Part shown: piece after piece, positions 36,897 to 47,544 of the stretch
Numbering within the stretch: position 1 is the first letter of the stretch
Layout of the letters: the number at the start of each line of letters is the position of its first letter
Virus record (IMG/VR): IMGVR_UViG_3300032272_000009
Location: 1 to 64,000 of that record
DNA length: 64,000 nucleotides
Origin: a virus
Taxonomy: Duplodnaviria > Caudoviricetes
Strand: one strand, 5' to 3'
The notes under the pieces: model-generated
What the model saw: the letters and a program-made list of their open reading frames with translations, nothing else
What the model was told of the DNA's origin: nothing
Databases searched by the model: none
Made by a program: the position numbers and the translations under genes

Positions 36897-39800
36897 TTAA
36901 TAACCTTGGATGCGCATGTCAATAAGACCTTGAACCTGCGTTGTTGTTCCACTATAACATCTTACTGTTATAGTGGTGTTTGTTTTTGATATAACCCTGC
37001 ATGAATCAGCGTTGTTTCCATCAGATTGTAGCACAATACCTACGTTTGTGACAGCAATAAATGTCTTCGTCAGGGTTATAACTGTATCTCCAGTCGATGC
37101 AACCACTAAATCATTAAACCATTCATTTATATCTGGAACATCCGTAGTCCAAGTCAGTGAATCTAACCGGTTTACATCAACAGAAATTGGTGATTCTACA
37201 ATTACAACATAATCATCTGGGGTCAAATTTATAGGAGACGTGTATGGTATCACACCTTGTCCAGACCCTGTGTGTCGCAAATATGATAATGGTACATATT
37301 CAATCATTTCACCAAGTGTCAATAGTGCTCCCCATAAAACTATTTCTGCACCAGACGATGGAAAGTTAATATTGATATCTAGCCAATTATTTATAGCATG
37401 CGAAGTAACATCAACGTTTATCCTAGTAAGTTCTGTTGCTCCACTTATCTGTGATGATAGATCAGCAACAGTTCCATCGCCCAAGTTTACATCCATAGAA
37501 GTAATTGTACCTGACTTAACGTATGCCCAAATGCTGAATGAGTATACACCGCCACCTGATGTGTCTATCAACGGAACCTGTCTTATGATAATACTTGCAG
37601 TTGAAGTAGCGGTTATTGTATCTGCCCTATTAACCGTTTGATCAGGAGTTGGGTCGGTGTCTGCTGTCACTGTAAATCTATTGTACAAATCTGCCCAGTG
37701 AATTGTATCAAAAGATTCTGGGTGTGTTAGTAAATTTTCTATTTGTGTAAACGATTCTGGAAATGTTCCATGTGCATAAGACGTTTTAATCTCACCATCG
37801 CCAACCCAATCAAGAGTTGTTATGCCGCCAGCTGGAATAGAAATGTTGCTTATCCATTTGAAACTATCATTCGGTGATTGCCACATCAGTGATATGTCAT
37901 CTTGCCACATCAATGTGCCAGTTGTTGAGTTCCACATGACGCCAGAAGTGCTTGTATCCACCGACAGTCTGTTGTTGCCATCAATTACAGGGTTTCCTTG
38001 AATTGGGTAGCCATCCCATTTCTCTACGCCTCCAGTTCTCGCAAGCATATATATAGCCCCAGCTCCACCTGCGCCTTCTAAATAAGCACCAGATATCGAA
38101 TCATGACCATCACTTGAAATCGAAACTGATTGTCCAAAATAATCGCCACTACTAGCATCACTTGCTTTTATGTTTTGTTCTTCAGTCCATACGCTTCCTG
38201 ATCTTGTGAAAGTATAAGCAGCCCCTGAATTTGAACCATCTCTGCTTTCTCCAGTTGCACCAACTATTGCATTATTTCCATCGTCAGAAATAGAAACGGA
38301 TATTCCAAAAAAATCACTACCTTGGATATCACTTGATAATAACTTTTGTTGTTCAGTCCAAACACCAACTGATCTTGTGAAGACGTAGGCAGCTCCAGAG
38401 TCATATCCGCCTGAATCTTCTCCGTTTGCCCCAATTATTACAGTGTCACCATCTCCAGAGATTGAGACAGATATTCCAAAATAGTCGCCTATTCGTGTAT
38501 CACTAGCCTGTATTTTTTGCTCCTCAGTCCAAGTGCTACCAGACCTTGTAAAAATATAAGCAGCTCCAGCGTCTACACCTGCTGAAGTTTCGAGATAAGC
38601 ACCTACTATTGCAGTATTACCGTCACTTGAAATTGAAACTGATTTTCCAAAATACTCAAATGTTTGTAAATCACTAGCCTGTATTTTTTGCTCCTCAGTC
38701 CAAGTGCTACCAGACCTTGTAAAAATATAAGCAGCTCCAGCGTCTGCACCACCTGTATCTTCAGAATCGGCACCTACTATTACATTATTTCCATCTCCAG
38801 AAATAGAAACTGATCGCCCAAAAGCGTCACCTGCTTGGATATCACTTGATAATATTTTTTGCTGTTCTGTCCATACCCCAACTGACCTCGTAAAAATGTA
38901 AGCGGCTCCAGCATTTGCCCCTCCCGTGTCTTCTTCAGTTGCCCCAACTATTGCAGTGTTTCCATCATTTGAAATTGAAACTGATTTTCCAAAAAAATCA
39001 TCCAATTGTAAATCACTTGCTTGTATTTTTTGCTCTTCGGTCCAAGTGCTACCTGACTTTGTAAAAATATAAGCAGCTCCAGCAAGTGACGCCCCAGAGC
39101 TTTCGAGATAAGCACCTGCTATTGCAGTGTTGCCGTCTCCAGAGATTGAGACAGATATTCCAAAAGCATCGCCTGCTTGGATATCACTTGATAATATTTT
39201 TTGTTCAAATAGACCGATCCCTCCAACAGCTTCAGTAAACAATACATTCTCTGTTGGCCGCTCTCCCATGTTAAATGATATTTTCCTAGACTCAATTGAA
39301 AGATTGTTTGATGTATCAATTGAGCGAATCATTACAGTTTGGGCACCTTGTGGAAGTGCTCTAATTTCAAATGGTGGGCTGATTAGTATGCCATCATGAA
39401 GTGGCGTTGCTGACAACCAATCTTGTAAGGTTGAGCGCGTATACCTAATAAGAAAACCTTTTAGATCATCTGGCTCTACGCTATAAACATAACTCCACCA
39501 AAAACGCCTAAAGTTCTCAGCTGTATTTTCTACTGTAAAAACGTCTGGAGCTGGAGGTATTGTTGTGTCGCCTAAAGGTACGATAGATACTTGTCTACCA
39601 ATTGCTGGATCAATATGCTCGCCTGTTTCTGACACAGCAACAACAGAAAAATTATGTTGAATACCAATTATAGGGTTGTTAATTGCCAATATTTCTTTAC
39701 CCCAAACAAATGACGTTTCAGTAGTGTTACCTTCTCTCTCCCAAGTAAAATCGTCAGCTTGTTTATAGATTATATAACTTGTTGGCACTGTCCCAAATGC

Positions 39801-42251
39801 TGGCAAATAATCCAAAGTTATCGTTATATAAGACAACTTATTTATCAACATCAATTCTTCAGTAGCAGTCAATGACTCAATAATCAAAGGAACCTTGTTA
39901 GGCGTATTTATAGAACCAATATGTGGTGTATACACTGGTACAGGCAAGCTTGCTAGATCAAATAATGCTGGAGCATATTCAACGCAAGTTATCTTTGCAC
40001 TCTTATCTGGATTGACGTCAATATATTTAACTAATAAATCATAGCTTTCTGTACCAGATGAATTAAATATTACCAAGTCTCCAGCACTTGCACCAGCAAC
40101 GCCTATATCAACCTCAAGAGGAGAACCTGAGTTGTAATATGCGACAAAACCTTTAATTACGCTACCATTTTGAGGGCGCAATTCAAAGTAGTCGACAGCG
40201 TTACCATTCATGTCAGGTTTGGTATCCATTGTAAGAACAGTACCATTCACAGCGCGAACCCTTCCAGACGTCCCTCCAGTTTTTATAACATCATGCTGAA
40301 AACCAACGAAACTTCCTCTCTTGCATTCTAACCATTCAAGATCAGTATCGAAAGTTACTGTTTCTCGCCTTAGAGTTGCTTGTTTTAGCCAGTAGCGCCC
40401 ATTTCTATATGCTTCATCACTTGATGTAGTTTTTGGACTATCAATAGATTCAAACACTTTTGCATTTGCACTTGTAAACCCGTCATTGTAAACAATCAAT
40501 TCACGCATCTGCCATCCTGAATCTGGATCACGAAAGTTTACTTTTACAGCATCAGGCAATTCTGTATATAACAAGCTACTACTAAAATTGCTAGTGTTGT
40601 GATTTGAGAACAATTGAACTTTTGTTGTTTTTTCCTCTTCAAAAATTATACTATATGTATCGTCATATATATCAGGTGCTGCTTTGCCTATTGCAGCGAT
40701 TTCCTTTAGTAGTGAATAAATTGTTGAAGAGTAATCTAACACGAAATTGCATGTATGAGCTTTTGTTGTTCCATGCTCACCTATAGTCAATATGTCACAA
40801 TAATCTGCCCAACGCTTTAGTTCTGTCCAATTTATTCTGTTATCTGCTTTAGGTCGTTGATTTAACTGTCCTGTGAGTATGTCTGCATATATCCATGCTG
40901 GGTTATCTGTCACAATTGGAGCTGTAAAACTAGCCCCATCATATGTTCTTAATTTCGCTGAAGCTATCAAGCTGAAAGAGTCAATAATACCATTAAGTTG
41001 GTCCGTTGCTCTAATGCGCATCTCAATCATAGTGCGTGATACTTGACCACCGTCAATTAATCTTGATTCTCCAAGTGCTGCCCCAAGTCTGAATGTTCTC
41101 AAAACTGAGTAACTACAGCGAGAATTTGTTGCTATTCCATTTGTTGAGCTTGCTGAGCGCGTCAACTCAAGCGTTACAGTGTCTGTTACGATAGTAGGTG
41201 TGATCTGAAGTGATATACCAAATCCATCATCAGTCATGCCTTCCACCTTAAACGAATCAAGTGTTGGGTATGTAATAGTCAGTGTTTGATCTGGAAGAGC
41301 GTATAGTGTGTATTCTGATGTAGTCATCAGTGTTCCGCCGGCATCTCTCAATACAACTGTAAAAGTCACATCCTCTGCAACGTCTTCATTGTTGTTATCT
41401 ACACCATACAGCCCATTTGAGAACATTATATCGAACTGAATATATTTTTGTTCTGTTTTTGATGTTCTTATTACTGCTGGATCACCAGTTGTCATTTCTA
41501 TATTGATTGCTTCAGATTCGATATCATTAGTAAAAAATACTAAATCCTCTGGTGACGTCACATTTAATACATTGTATGAAACTTCTTCGTAATCAGTAAT
41601 CGCTGTATCACCAATTTTTAAATCTGAGACGCTAATGTCTCCATATCCTAAGTCAAACAATAGATAGACATATTGTGAACCACTATGAGAAACAGTAAAT
41701 GACTGAGCAGCATACGGTGGAAACATTTTTACTGTTCCATACACGCACTGGCAAGATTTGTTGTAAGAAGCTTGGTTTTTTGAACCACCAATTGTTAGCG
41801 CTGGTGAACTATCTCTTGACGATTTTGCAGCACCTATTGCACCAGAACCATCAGGTGGTGGAAACAAAGCATTCATTGCCAAAGAGCTTGCCATTGAGAC
41901 ACCAACAGTAAAAGCCGCTGCACCAAATGTTCCAGCTCCAAACATGGTTGCTCCAGCACCACCTGACCATACAGTTATAGCGATCATCGCAATCATCTTA
42001 AGCAACCCGCCATTATCTCCACCTTGTGGAACTATGACTATTTTTACATTTACGCCTTCTTTAGGTTTGATCTTATCAAGGTATTTGTTATCTACAAGAT
42101 AACCGTTAATGTACACATGAATGCTTTCTTCCAATCCTGAAGGAAGTTTTATATCATCAATTATTTCTTGGAGTGTTTTACCTACAGGAATAGACGTATG
42201 AACATCATTCTTTGAAGTAGTGAATTGTTTTTTAAGATGTACTTGGGGCAT
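36897..42251 (-). CDS. tail tip protein (lambda gpI+gpJ-like) with FG-GAP beta-propeller
   Basis: 1784 aa; ubiquitin-like N-terminus, gpJ core (VNFRDPDSGWQ, AYRNGRY) and seven FG-GAP repeats. Confidence 0.88.
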   Translation of the reverse strand: MPQVHLKKQFTTSKNDVHTSIPVGKTLQEIIDDIKLPSGLEESIHVYINGYLVDNKYLDKIKPKEGVNVKIVIVPQGGDNGGLLKMIAMIAITVWSGGAGATMFGAGTFGAAAFTVGVSMASSLAMNALFPPPDGSGAIGAAKSSRDSSPALTIGGSKNQASYNKSCQCVYGTVKMFPPYAAQSFTVSHSGSQYVYLLFDLGYGDISVSDLKIGDTAITDYEEVSYNVLNVTSPEDLVFFTNDIESEAINIEMTTGDPAVIRTSKTEQKYIQFDIMFSNGLYGVDNNNEDVAEDVTFTVVLRDAGGTLMTTSEYTLYALPDQTLTITYPTLDSFKVEGMTDDGFGISLQITPTIVTDTVTLELTRSASSTNGIATNSRCSYSVLRTFRLGAALGESRLIDGGQVSRTMIEMRIRATDQLNGIIDSFSLIASAKLRTYDGASFTAPIVTDNPAWIYADILTGQLNQRPKADNRINWTELKRWADYCDILTIGEHGTTKAHTCNFVLDYSSTIYSLLKEIAAIGKAAPDIYDDTYSIIFEEEKTTKVQLFSNHNTSNFSSSLLYTELPDAVKVNFRDPDSGWQMRELIVYNDGFTSANAKVFESIDSPKTTSSDEAYRNGRYWLKQATLRRETVTFDTDLEWLECKRGSFVGFQHDVIKTGGTSGRVRAVNGTVLTMDTKPDMNGNAVDYFELRPQNGSVIKGFVAYYNSGSPLEVDIGVAGASAGDLVIFNSSGTESYDLLVKYIDVNPDKSAKITCVEYAPALFDLASLPVPVYTPHIGSINTPNKVPLIIESLTATEELMLINKLSYITITLDYLPAFGTVPTSYIIYKQADDFTWEREGNTTETSFVWGKEILAINNPIIGIQHNFSVVAVSETGEHIDPAIGRQVSIVPLGDTTIPPAPDVFTVENTAENFRRFWWSYVYSVEPDDLKGFLIRYTRSTLQDWLSATPLHDGILISPPFEIRALPQGAQTVMIRSIDTSNNLSIESRKISFNMGERPTENVLFTEAVGGIGLFEQKILSSDIQAGDAFGISVSISGDGNTAIAGAYLESSGASLAGAAYIFTKSGSTWTEEQKIQASDLQLDDFFGKSVSISNDGNTAIVGATEEDTGGANAGAAYIFTRSVGVWTEQQKILSSDIQAGDAFGRSVSISGDGNNVIVGADSEDTGGADAGAAYIFTRSGSTWTEEQKIQASDLQTFEYFGKSVSISSDGNTAIVGAYLETSAGVDAGAAYIFTRSGSTWTEEQKIQASDTRIGDYFGISVSISGDGDTVIIGANGEDSGGYDSGAAYVFTRSVGVWTEQQKLLSSDIQGSDFFGISVSISDDGNNAIVGATGESRDGSNSGAAYTFTRSGSVWTEEQNIKASDASSGDYFGQSVSISSDGHDSISGAYLEGAGGAGAIYMLARTGGVEKWDGYPIQGNPVIDGNNRLSVDTSTSGVMWNSTTGTLMWQDDISLMWQSPNDSFKWISNISIPAGGITTLDWVGDGEIKTSYAHGTFPESFTQIENLLTHPESFDTIHWADLYNRFTVTADTDPTPDQTVNRADTITATSTASIIIRQVPLIDTSGGGVYSFSIWAYVKSGTITSMDVNLGDGTVADLSSQISGATELTRINVDVTSHAINNWLDININFPSSGAEIVLWGALLTLGEMIEYVPLSYLRHTGSGQGVIPYTSPINLTPDDYVVIVESPISVDVNRLDSLTWTTDVPDINEWFNDLVVASTGDTVITLTKTFIAVTNVGIVLQSDGNNADSCRVISKTNTTITVRCYSGTTTQVQGLIDMRIQGY
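38040..39220 (-). repeat. seven ~171-nt FG-GAP coding repeats
   Basis: A 76-bp block is identical at 38499-38574 and 38670-38745; protein unit QKI.ASD...D.FG.SVSIS.DG..AI.GA..E..GAAY.FT. Confidence 0.9.
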
Positions 42252-42642
42252 ATCTATAAAATCCTATAACGCGCTGTTTCCATTTCTTACTTGAATAATC
42301 TGCCAGTGATGACGAACCGCCTAAGCATAAATTATGTATAAACAATTTGTCTCCAACAACGACCCCAACATGTTTAGGATATCCACCAATCACCAAGTAA
42401 ACGACATCTCCAGCTTGTGGGACAGTGACTTCGATCCAATCTACCTTGTTATCATTATATATTTCAGTTAAGTCTTTATTTTTACTTTCAATTGTATATT
42501 CATTACTATAGGACGGCAGGTTTATACCAAACACTTCTTTATATATCAATCTAACCAATCCGTAACAGTCACATTTGTTCTTATCACGACCATTTAGCTC
42601 ATATGGTATACCGATATACTTGTTAGCCCATTCTGCAATCAT
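42232..42642 (-). CDS. NlpC/P60 tail protein (gpK-like)
   Basis: DCYGLV...HVGVV...FIH. Confidence 0.85.
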   Translation of the reverse strand: MIAEWANKYIGIPYELNGRDKNKCDCYGLVRLIYKEVFGINLPSYSNEYTIESKNKDLTEIYNDNKVDWIEVTVPQAGDVVYLVIGGYPKHVGVVVGDKLFIHNLCLGGSSSLADYSSKKWKQRVIGFYRYAPSTS

Positions 42643-43097
42643 TAAAACAACCCCGGGAATCCAATGGCATCATATATATCTGATGGTATTAGCTGGTTCA
42701 AATCATCATCTGCCATTAGTTGCGCCATTATAGACATTGAATCATATTGAACGCTTCGAATAACCAAGTCACTTATTGACTGTTCAACTGTCTCGGTGTC
42801 ACCTGAAAAAATCAACTCAATTGATACTTGTATTGGTGCTACCAGTGTTCTTGCCCAGTCTATCATCTCTAGTGATACATTATCAATCTTTAAATCCACC
42901 GTTTGTAATGTTTCGCCATCATCAGGAGATGTATCGACCTGTAATGGCATTGCTGTGTATACATTACCTCGGCTTGTTATATCAACTAGATTGTTAACCA
43001 AACGAACTGGTGTGCCATCATATATTGTTATAAGCATCAATACAGCTTGGTCTTTATCACGACTGCGAATTTGTGATTGAGCGTTTACACTAGCCAT
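42642..43097 (-). CDS. DUF1833-like minor tail protein (gpL-like)
   Basis: VRLVNN..DITSRG..Y...LKIDNVS; ends FPGLF. Confidence 0.8.
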   Translation of the reverse strand: MASVNAQSQIRSRDKDQAVLMLITIYDGTPVRLVNNLVDITSRGNVYTAMPLQVDTSPDDGETLQTVDLKIDNVSLEMIDWARTLVAPIQVSIELIFSGDTETVEQSISDLVIRSVQYDSMSIMAQLMADDDLNQLIPSDIYDAIGFPGLF

Positions 43098-43444
43098 TAA
43101 TAAGTTTCCAGATTAAGTGTGACGTCATATGTTATACCACCAACATGTGTGATTACTGGTGGTGATACAAACCGCATCTCCCGAACAACAGAATCAATAG
43201 GGTTAAGTAAATCGAATGTTAATACCTTGTTAAGTGTTACATTATAAAAAGTATTAAATATTGCTATCTGATCCTGAGACATACGCATCTTACCGCTTAT
43301 GTCAGTTATAGTTGTTGTATATCGATTACGCATTGAAGGTAAACCGATATCGTTCTCAGTTCTTATAACTGTATTCCTAGGAGACTCGCTGTATGCTTGA
43401 CCTAGAAAGAATTCAGGTAGAGTTACGGGCCATGTTGCAGCCAT
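43097..43444 (-). CDS. distal tail protein (gpM-like)
   Basis: WPVTLP...IRTENDIG...RNRYT; follows the tape measure gene. Confidence 0.75.
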   Translation of the reverse strand: MAATWPVTLPEFFLGQAYSESPRNTVIRTENDIGLPSMRNRYTTTITDISGKMRMSQDQIAIFNTFYNVTLNKVLTFDLLNPIDSVVREMRFVSPPVITHVGGITYDVTLNLETY

Positions 43445-46400
43445 TATCTTCCTCCTTGTCTTTGGATACCATACGGTTTGAGAAGTTTATCCATTTTACC
43501 TGATTGTACCATTGTTCCTACAGCCTGTTCAACCATGATGCGAATTACTTTCTCACCATTCTCATTTGTTGTTGTTTCTTGTTTTATTTCTGCTTGCGAA
43601 TTATTAATTACGTTTACATGGACTACAGTATCGCCACCACCATTTGACATTATGCCTAATGAACCATCACGGCCACGCTTCAATGGCATAATTGCTTCTT
43701 CACCAGCCTCACCCATAAGACCAACACCTTTTGCAAATGGGAATACAGTTGGTTTATCAACGACTGTGTTTGAGTAGCTAGAAATTCCTCTACCTGAGAA
43801 TGTCCCGCCCTTTGCAGCAACTTGTGTGATTGGGTTAGGAGCTACCGAAGGCTTGACAGACGTTTTTACTGTTGGTGTTCCGAATCCCATAAAATCTAAA
43901 GACTGCAAAATGAGAGTTTTAACTATCATTCTTTGCAGATCAGCAAGGATAGATTCAGTCATACTTCTGAATGCTTCTTTACCTTCGGACCCACCAATCA
44001 CAAATGAGTTAGTCATCCCGTCTAAAAATGTTGTTGAAGATTCTGAAATAAGCTCAAACGTAGTTTTAGCACTATTTCTAAAATCTTGCAGACCTTTATC
44101 CATGCCTCGAATGGCTTGTTCATTTTGAGTAAGCTCATTTCTAAGAGATTTAGACTGATTAACCTGAGCATTCATACTCTCAGTAAGCAAGCGAAGTTGG
44201 CGGCTGTGTTCCTCTTCAGAAAGATTCAATCTATCTTTTGCAACAGTAAGGGTTTTTATCTCTATGTTATAAGCTCTAATTGCAGATGCGCCAGAGTCAA
44301 ATTTCTGCTCAAGATTTGATGTAAAATCATCGTCTTTCTTTTGAAGAAGTGCATCTCTCTGGTCTGCAAGAATTTTTGTCTGCTCAATTAGAACATCATT
44401 CATTGTTCCTATTTTTAATTTTGCGAACTCTGCTTCACTACCGTACTGTTTCATGTTTTCTTTAAGAGATATAACGCTCTTATCATAATCAGAAACAATA
44501 CTAGCTTTATCGAAACCAAGTGTAGCTGAGATATCTCCTTTAAGTTTTGCAGTATTTGCAAGTGCAGCATTACCAACACTGTTTATACTTGCGGTCACAC
44601 TATCCATGTGATCTTTAATTTCTTTAAGTTTTTTAGCATCAAGTTTTGCTATCAACTCAGCAGCAATTTCAGGCGTTGTTGTGCTAAGCTGCTCTGGAGC
44701 TTGCTTCTTTTTCAAGCCAATAACTCTAGCCTCTGCGGAAGACTCAACAGCTAACACCTCTTTCGCAAATTTTTTCTTTATAGCTAAAATTTTACCGGTT
44801 GTTTTTAACTCTTCTTCTATTTTCTCAATGTTTATATTAGTTTTGAAACCTTTTAATCTTAATTCACCGTCTATTTCTTTTTTGATTACTTGATCTATCT
44901 TTATTTTTGTTGATTCATCAAGTGTTTTGTTAAGATCAGCCATGACGTCATCAGCAATACCGCCAGCTTCACCTAATGCATGTAGCTCATTTTTTTGTTT
45001 TATAAGATTTCGAGTAAGAGTCTCATTCTTTTTAATTGTTGCAATGCTTTTACCACCACGCAACTTGTCAATAAGCTCTAAAGTTTTTTGATTTTCACTA
45101 AATACTCTATTTTCTTCACGAATTGCTTGTATTTTATCATCTGCCGCCTTTTTGGCTATATCTCCAGCAGAAGTTCCAGTTAAAACTTTATACTTTTCTT
45201 CAAGAGAAGCTATAAGTGCTTTCTGTTGTTCGATTTGTTTAAGTCTTATCTCTATGATTCTATCTGCGTGACCTTTAGTTATAACATCGGCGTCACTAGA
45301 TTTAATCAATATGCTTTTTTGAAGCTCAGCTTGCCACATAGCAAGTCTTTTTCTAGCCGTTTTTGTATCTTTCAGCGTAGAATCTAACTGCCCTTGTTCA
45401 ATAGATTCGGCTGTTCCAATAAAGAATTCACTTAGTGAATTCATAATGTCTTTAGATACTGTTGTGTTTGAAATCTTAGAGACTAGATTATCCCATGACG
45501 ATGACAATCTACCAAGTGAAGCCTCAACAGTATTCGTTGCATCTGGAAAACCTTCTAATAGAACTTTAGTTCTACTGAATGCCTCTATCAATACTTTATT
45601 GGTCAGCAAACCTTGTGAAGAGAGTTCTTTTAGTGAAGATGTACTTCTACCAAACATGTCTCGCAATGCTACAGTAAGCAATGGTAAATTTTCTGTTACA
45701 GAGCGATACTCATCACCCATCAGGCGTCCAGCAGACATTGCCTGTGTGATCTGGATTAATGCCCCTGTCATCTCCTGTGTGCTTGTACCAGTGGCCCTAG
45801 CACTCTGAACCAGTGTGCTTGACCATTCAGCCATAGTATCAATGTTAAATGCCCTGTTAGTCACTACAGCAAACCTAGTGATAATCTTGTTTGCAGCCGC
45901 CATATTCATACCGACGTCTTGTGTCATACTAAAAAGCTTTTTGTATGCGCCGGAATCACCAGTCAGGAATGTGAGTTTTTGATCTAATAATTTTATTGCT
46001 TCTGCTGTCTTTTCAAACTCAACGAACATTTTAACTGCTCTTATAGCAGCATAAGCACCAAGCAATAGGCGTGAGTATACACTAACCAGCCTTGCAGCTT
46101 TAGCCATGCGCATCTGGCTAGTTATCATCTTATGGTTTTCGTTAACTACTGCTTTTATTCTTTTTCTTTGTTCATTTAAAAGCTTATTGTATTGAGCCGT
46201 GTTGATAGAACCATTCTTCAATAATAAATTTAATTGTTTTTGAGCAACAGATACTTTGTTTTTTATAGCATAATCTTTGCTGAATCGCATTTCAGCTTCA
46301 TGCAATTGATCAGATTGTTTTTTTAGAGCTGCATTAAGCTTTTTGGTTTCTGCTATTTTTGTTTTATATGCTTGTGTACCCCTGTTAAGCATAGCCGCTT

Positions 46401-46815
46401 CTCTATTAAAAATAGCATTAGCTTCTTTTTGAGTTTTTAATCCTGATGCGGTTACTATGCGTAACTCTTTTCTTATCTCTATGAGTTTGCGTTCCACCAT
46501 TGCTGACTCATCATATTTGCGATTAAGTTTATCAGCTAGTGCAACATGTGATTTTTGAGTGTCAGTAAGTTTGCTATAACTCTGCTTCTGATCGTGCATC
46601 AAAGTTATAGATTTTAGAATTGCTTGATTGGCTTTTTGAGTAGATTTAATGTATCCACGGAATACATTAGAACCTCCACCTTGTGCCGTTGCTCTAGTTT
46701 CTGCTTGGAATTTCTTTAGTGTTTTGCTTGCGGCGGTTGTCCCATCAGCAAACTTTCTCATCTGCTCCGTGGCCGATGTTGCGTCTAACTTAATTGATGC
46801 GCCGAATTCAACCAT
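43444..46815 (-). CDS. tape measure protein
   Basis: 1123 aa helical protein; tape-measure N-domain GALIQITQAMSAGRLMGDEYRSV. Confidence 0.92.
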   Translation of the reverse strand: MVEFGASIKLDATSATEQMRKFADGTTAASKTLKKFQAETRATAQGGGSNVFRGYIKSTQKANQAILKSITLMHDQKQSYSKLTDTQKSHVALADKLNRKYDESAMVERKLIEIRKELRIVTASGLKTQKEANAIFNREAAMLNRGTQAYKTKIAETKKLNAALKKQSDQLHEAEMRFSKDYAIKNKVSVAQKQLNLLLKNGSINTAQYNKLLNEQRKRIKAVVNENHKMITSQMRMAKAARLVSVYSRLLLGAYAAIRAVKMFVEFEKTAEAIKLLDQKLTFLTGDSGAYKKLFSMTQDVGMNMAAANKIITRFAVVTNRAFNIDTMAEWSSTLVQSARATGTSTQEMTGALIQITQAMSAGRLMGDEYRSVTENLPLLTVALRDMFGRSTSSLKELSSQGLLTNKVLIEAFSRTKVLLEGFPDATNTVEASLGRLSSSWDNLVSKISNTTVSKDIMNSLSEFFIGTAESIEQGQLDSTLKDTKTARKRLAMWQAELQKSILIKSSDADVITKGHADRIIEIRLKQIEQQKALIASLEEKYKVLTGTSAGDIAKKAADDKIQAIREENRVFSENQKTLELIDKLRGGKSIATIKKNETLTRNLIKQKNELHALGEAGGIADDVMADLNKTLDESTKIKIDQVIKKEIDGELRLKGFKTNINIEKIEEELKTTGKILAIKKKFAKEVLAVESSAEARVIGLKKKQAPEQLSTTTPEIAAELIAKLDAKKLKEIKDHMDSVTASINSVGNAALANTAKLKGDISATLGFDKASIVSDYDKSVISLKENMKQYGSEAEFAKLKIGTMNDVLIEQTKILADQRDALLQKKDDDFTSNLEQKFDSGASAIRAYNIEIKTLTVAKDRLNLSEEEHSRQLRLLTESMNAQVNQSKSLRNELTQNEQAIRGMDKGLQDFRNSAKTTFELISESSTTFLDGMTNSFVIGGSEGKEAFRSMTESILADLQRMIVKTLILQSLDFMGFGTPTVKTSVKPSVAPNPITQVAAKGGTFSGRGISSYSNTVVDKPTVFPFAKGVGLMGEAGEEAIMPLKRGRDGSLGIMSNGGGDTVVHVNVINNSQAEIKQETTTNENGEKVIRIMVEQAVGTMVQSGKMDKLLKPYGIQRQGGR

Positions 46816-46833
46816 TGAAATCCATCCTACATT

Positions 46834-47160
46834 TTATAAAGTCACTTGCGGTTTTGGGTTTCTCTTTGCCTCTTTATATCTTGAATATGCATTATGAATA
46901 GCATAAATTATCAAAACGAATTCTTTAAAAGAGCCAATAAGTCCAAAGTTTTCTTCATAACATTTAAGCTCCGATAGTGGTATTGAGCCGCTATCGGAGT
47001 TTGAATGGGATAGTATATCGTAAGCATTCATAAACCAGCTATGTGAAAAATCCATATCTGGTATATGATTCAAAGGTGTATCCTCACCCTTTAAGCTTTT
47101 GTAATGTTTTATATGTTCGCCATGTTCTAGGTTCCACTCCAGAAGGCGAATTACTTTGCC
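46834..47160 (-). CDS. -1 frameshift extension of the tail assembly chaperone (gpGT-like)
   Basis: The -1 frame from G GCA AAG (47160-47154) reads KVIRLLEWNLEHG...WFMNAYDILS to 46834. Confidence 0.75.
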   Translation of the reverse strand, partial: GKVIRLLEWNLEHGEHIKHYKSLKGEDTPLNHIPDMDFSHSWFMNAYDILSHSNSDSGSIPLSELKCYEENFGLIGSFKEFVLIIYAIHNAYSRYKEAKRNPKPQVTL

Positions 47161-47537
47161 TCTAAAGCTTCGTCCGCAACAGTAAGATAATTATCAATGT
47201 TTTCGGCAAAAATCATGATTGAATCATATGCATCTTTATCGTCAGTAAGCAAAGCTTTTGCGTTATCATAAGAATACTTATGCTCTACGCCATCTACATC
47301 TTTTAGGTTAGTCCACCCTACTAAGATTGTTTTGGCCACACAATCAATCATAATTTCGTTTGATTGTTCTTCACTCATTCGACCACTATCAAATTCTTCT
47401 TTGAAAGGTTTTAACAGTTCACGAAACACCTTTTTAAAATTGGTGTTTCCAGATCGTGCAACAATTAGTTTGTTGCCACGATAGATGTGAATAGAGCCTT
47501 CAGTCTCTGTCCGTCCTTTGATTGGCGTAACCTTCAT
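47151..47537 (-). CDS. tail assembly chaperone (gpG-like)
   Basis: IVARSGN..F...ILVGWTN...YSYDNAKALL; lies between tail tube and tape measure. Confidence 0.85.
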   Translation of the reverse strand: MKVTPIKGRTETEGSIHIYRGNKLIVARSGNTNFKKVFRELLKPFKEEFDSGRMSEEQSNEIMIDCVAKTILVGWTNLKDVDGVEHKYSYDNAKALLTDDKDAYDSIMIFAENIDNYLTVADEALEAK

Positions 47538-47544
47538 TTTATAA

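Noticed and set aside
35288-42251. Diversity-generating retroelement acting on the fibres
   Set aside because: No reverse transcriptase and no TR/VR pair with A-specific mismatches; the repeats are in-frame domain duplications.
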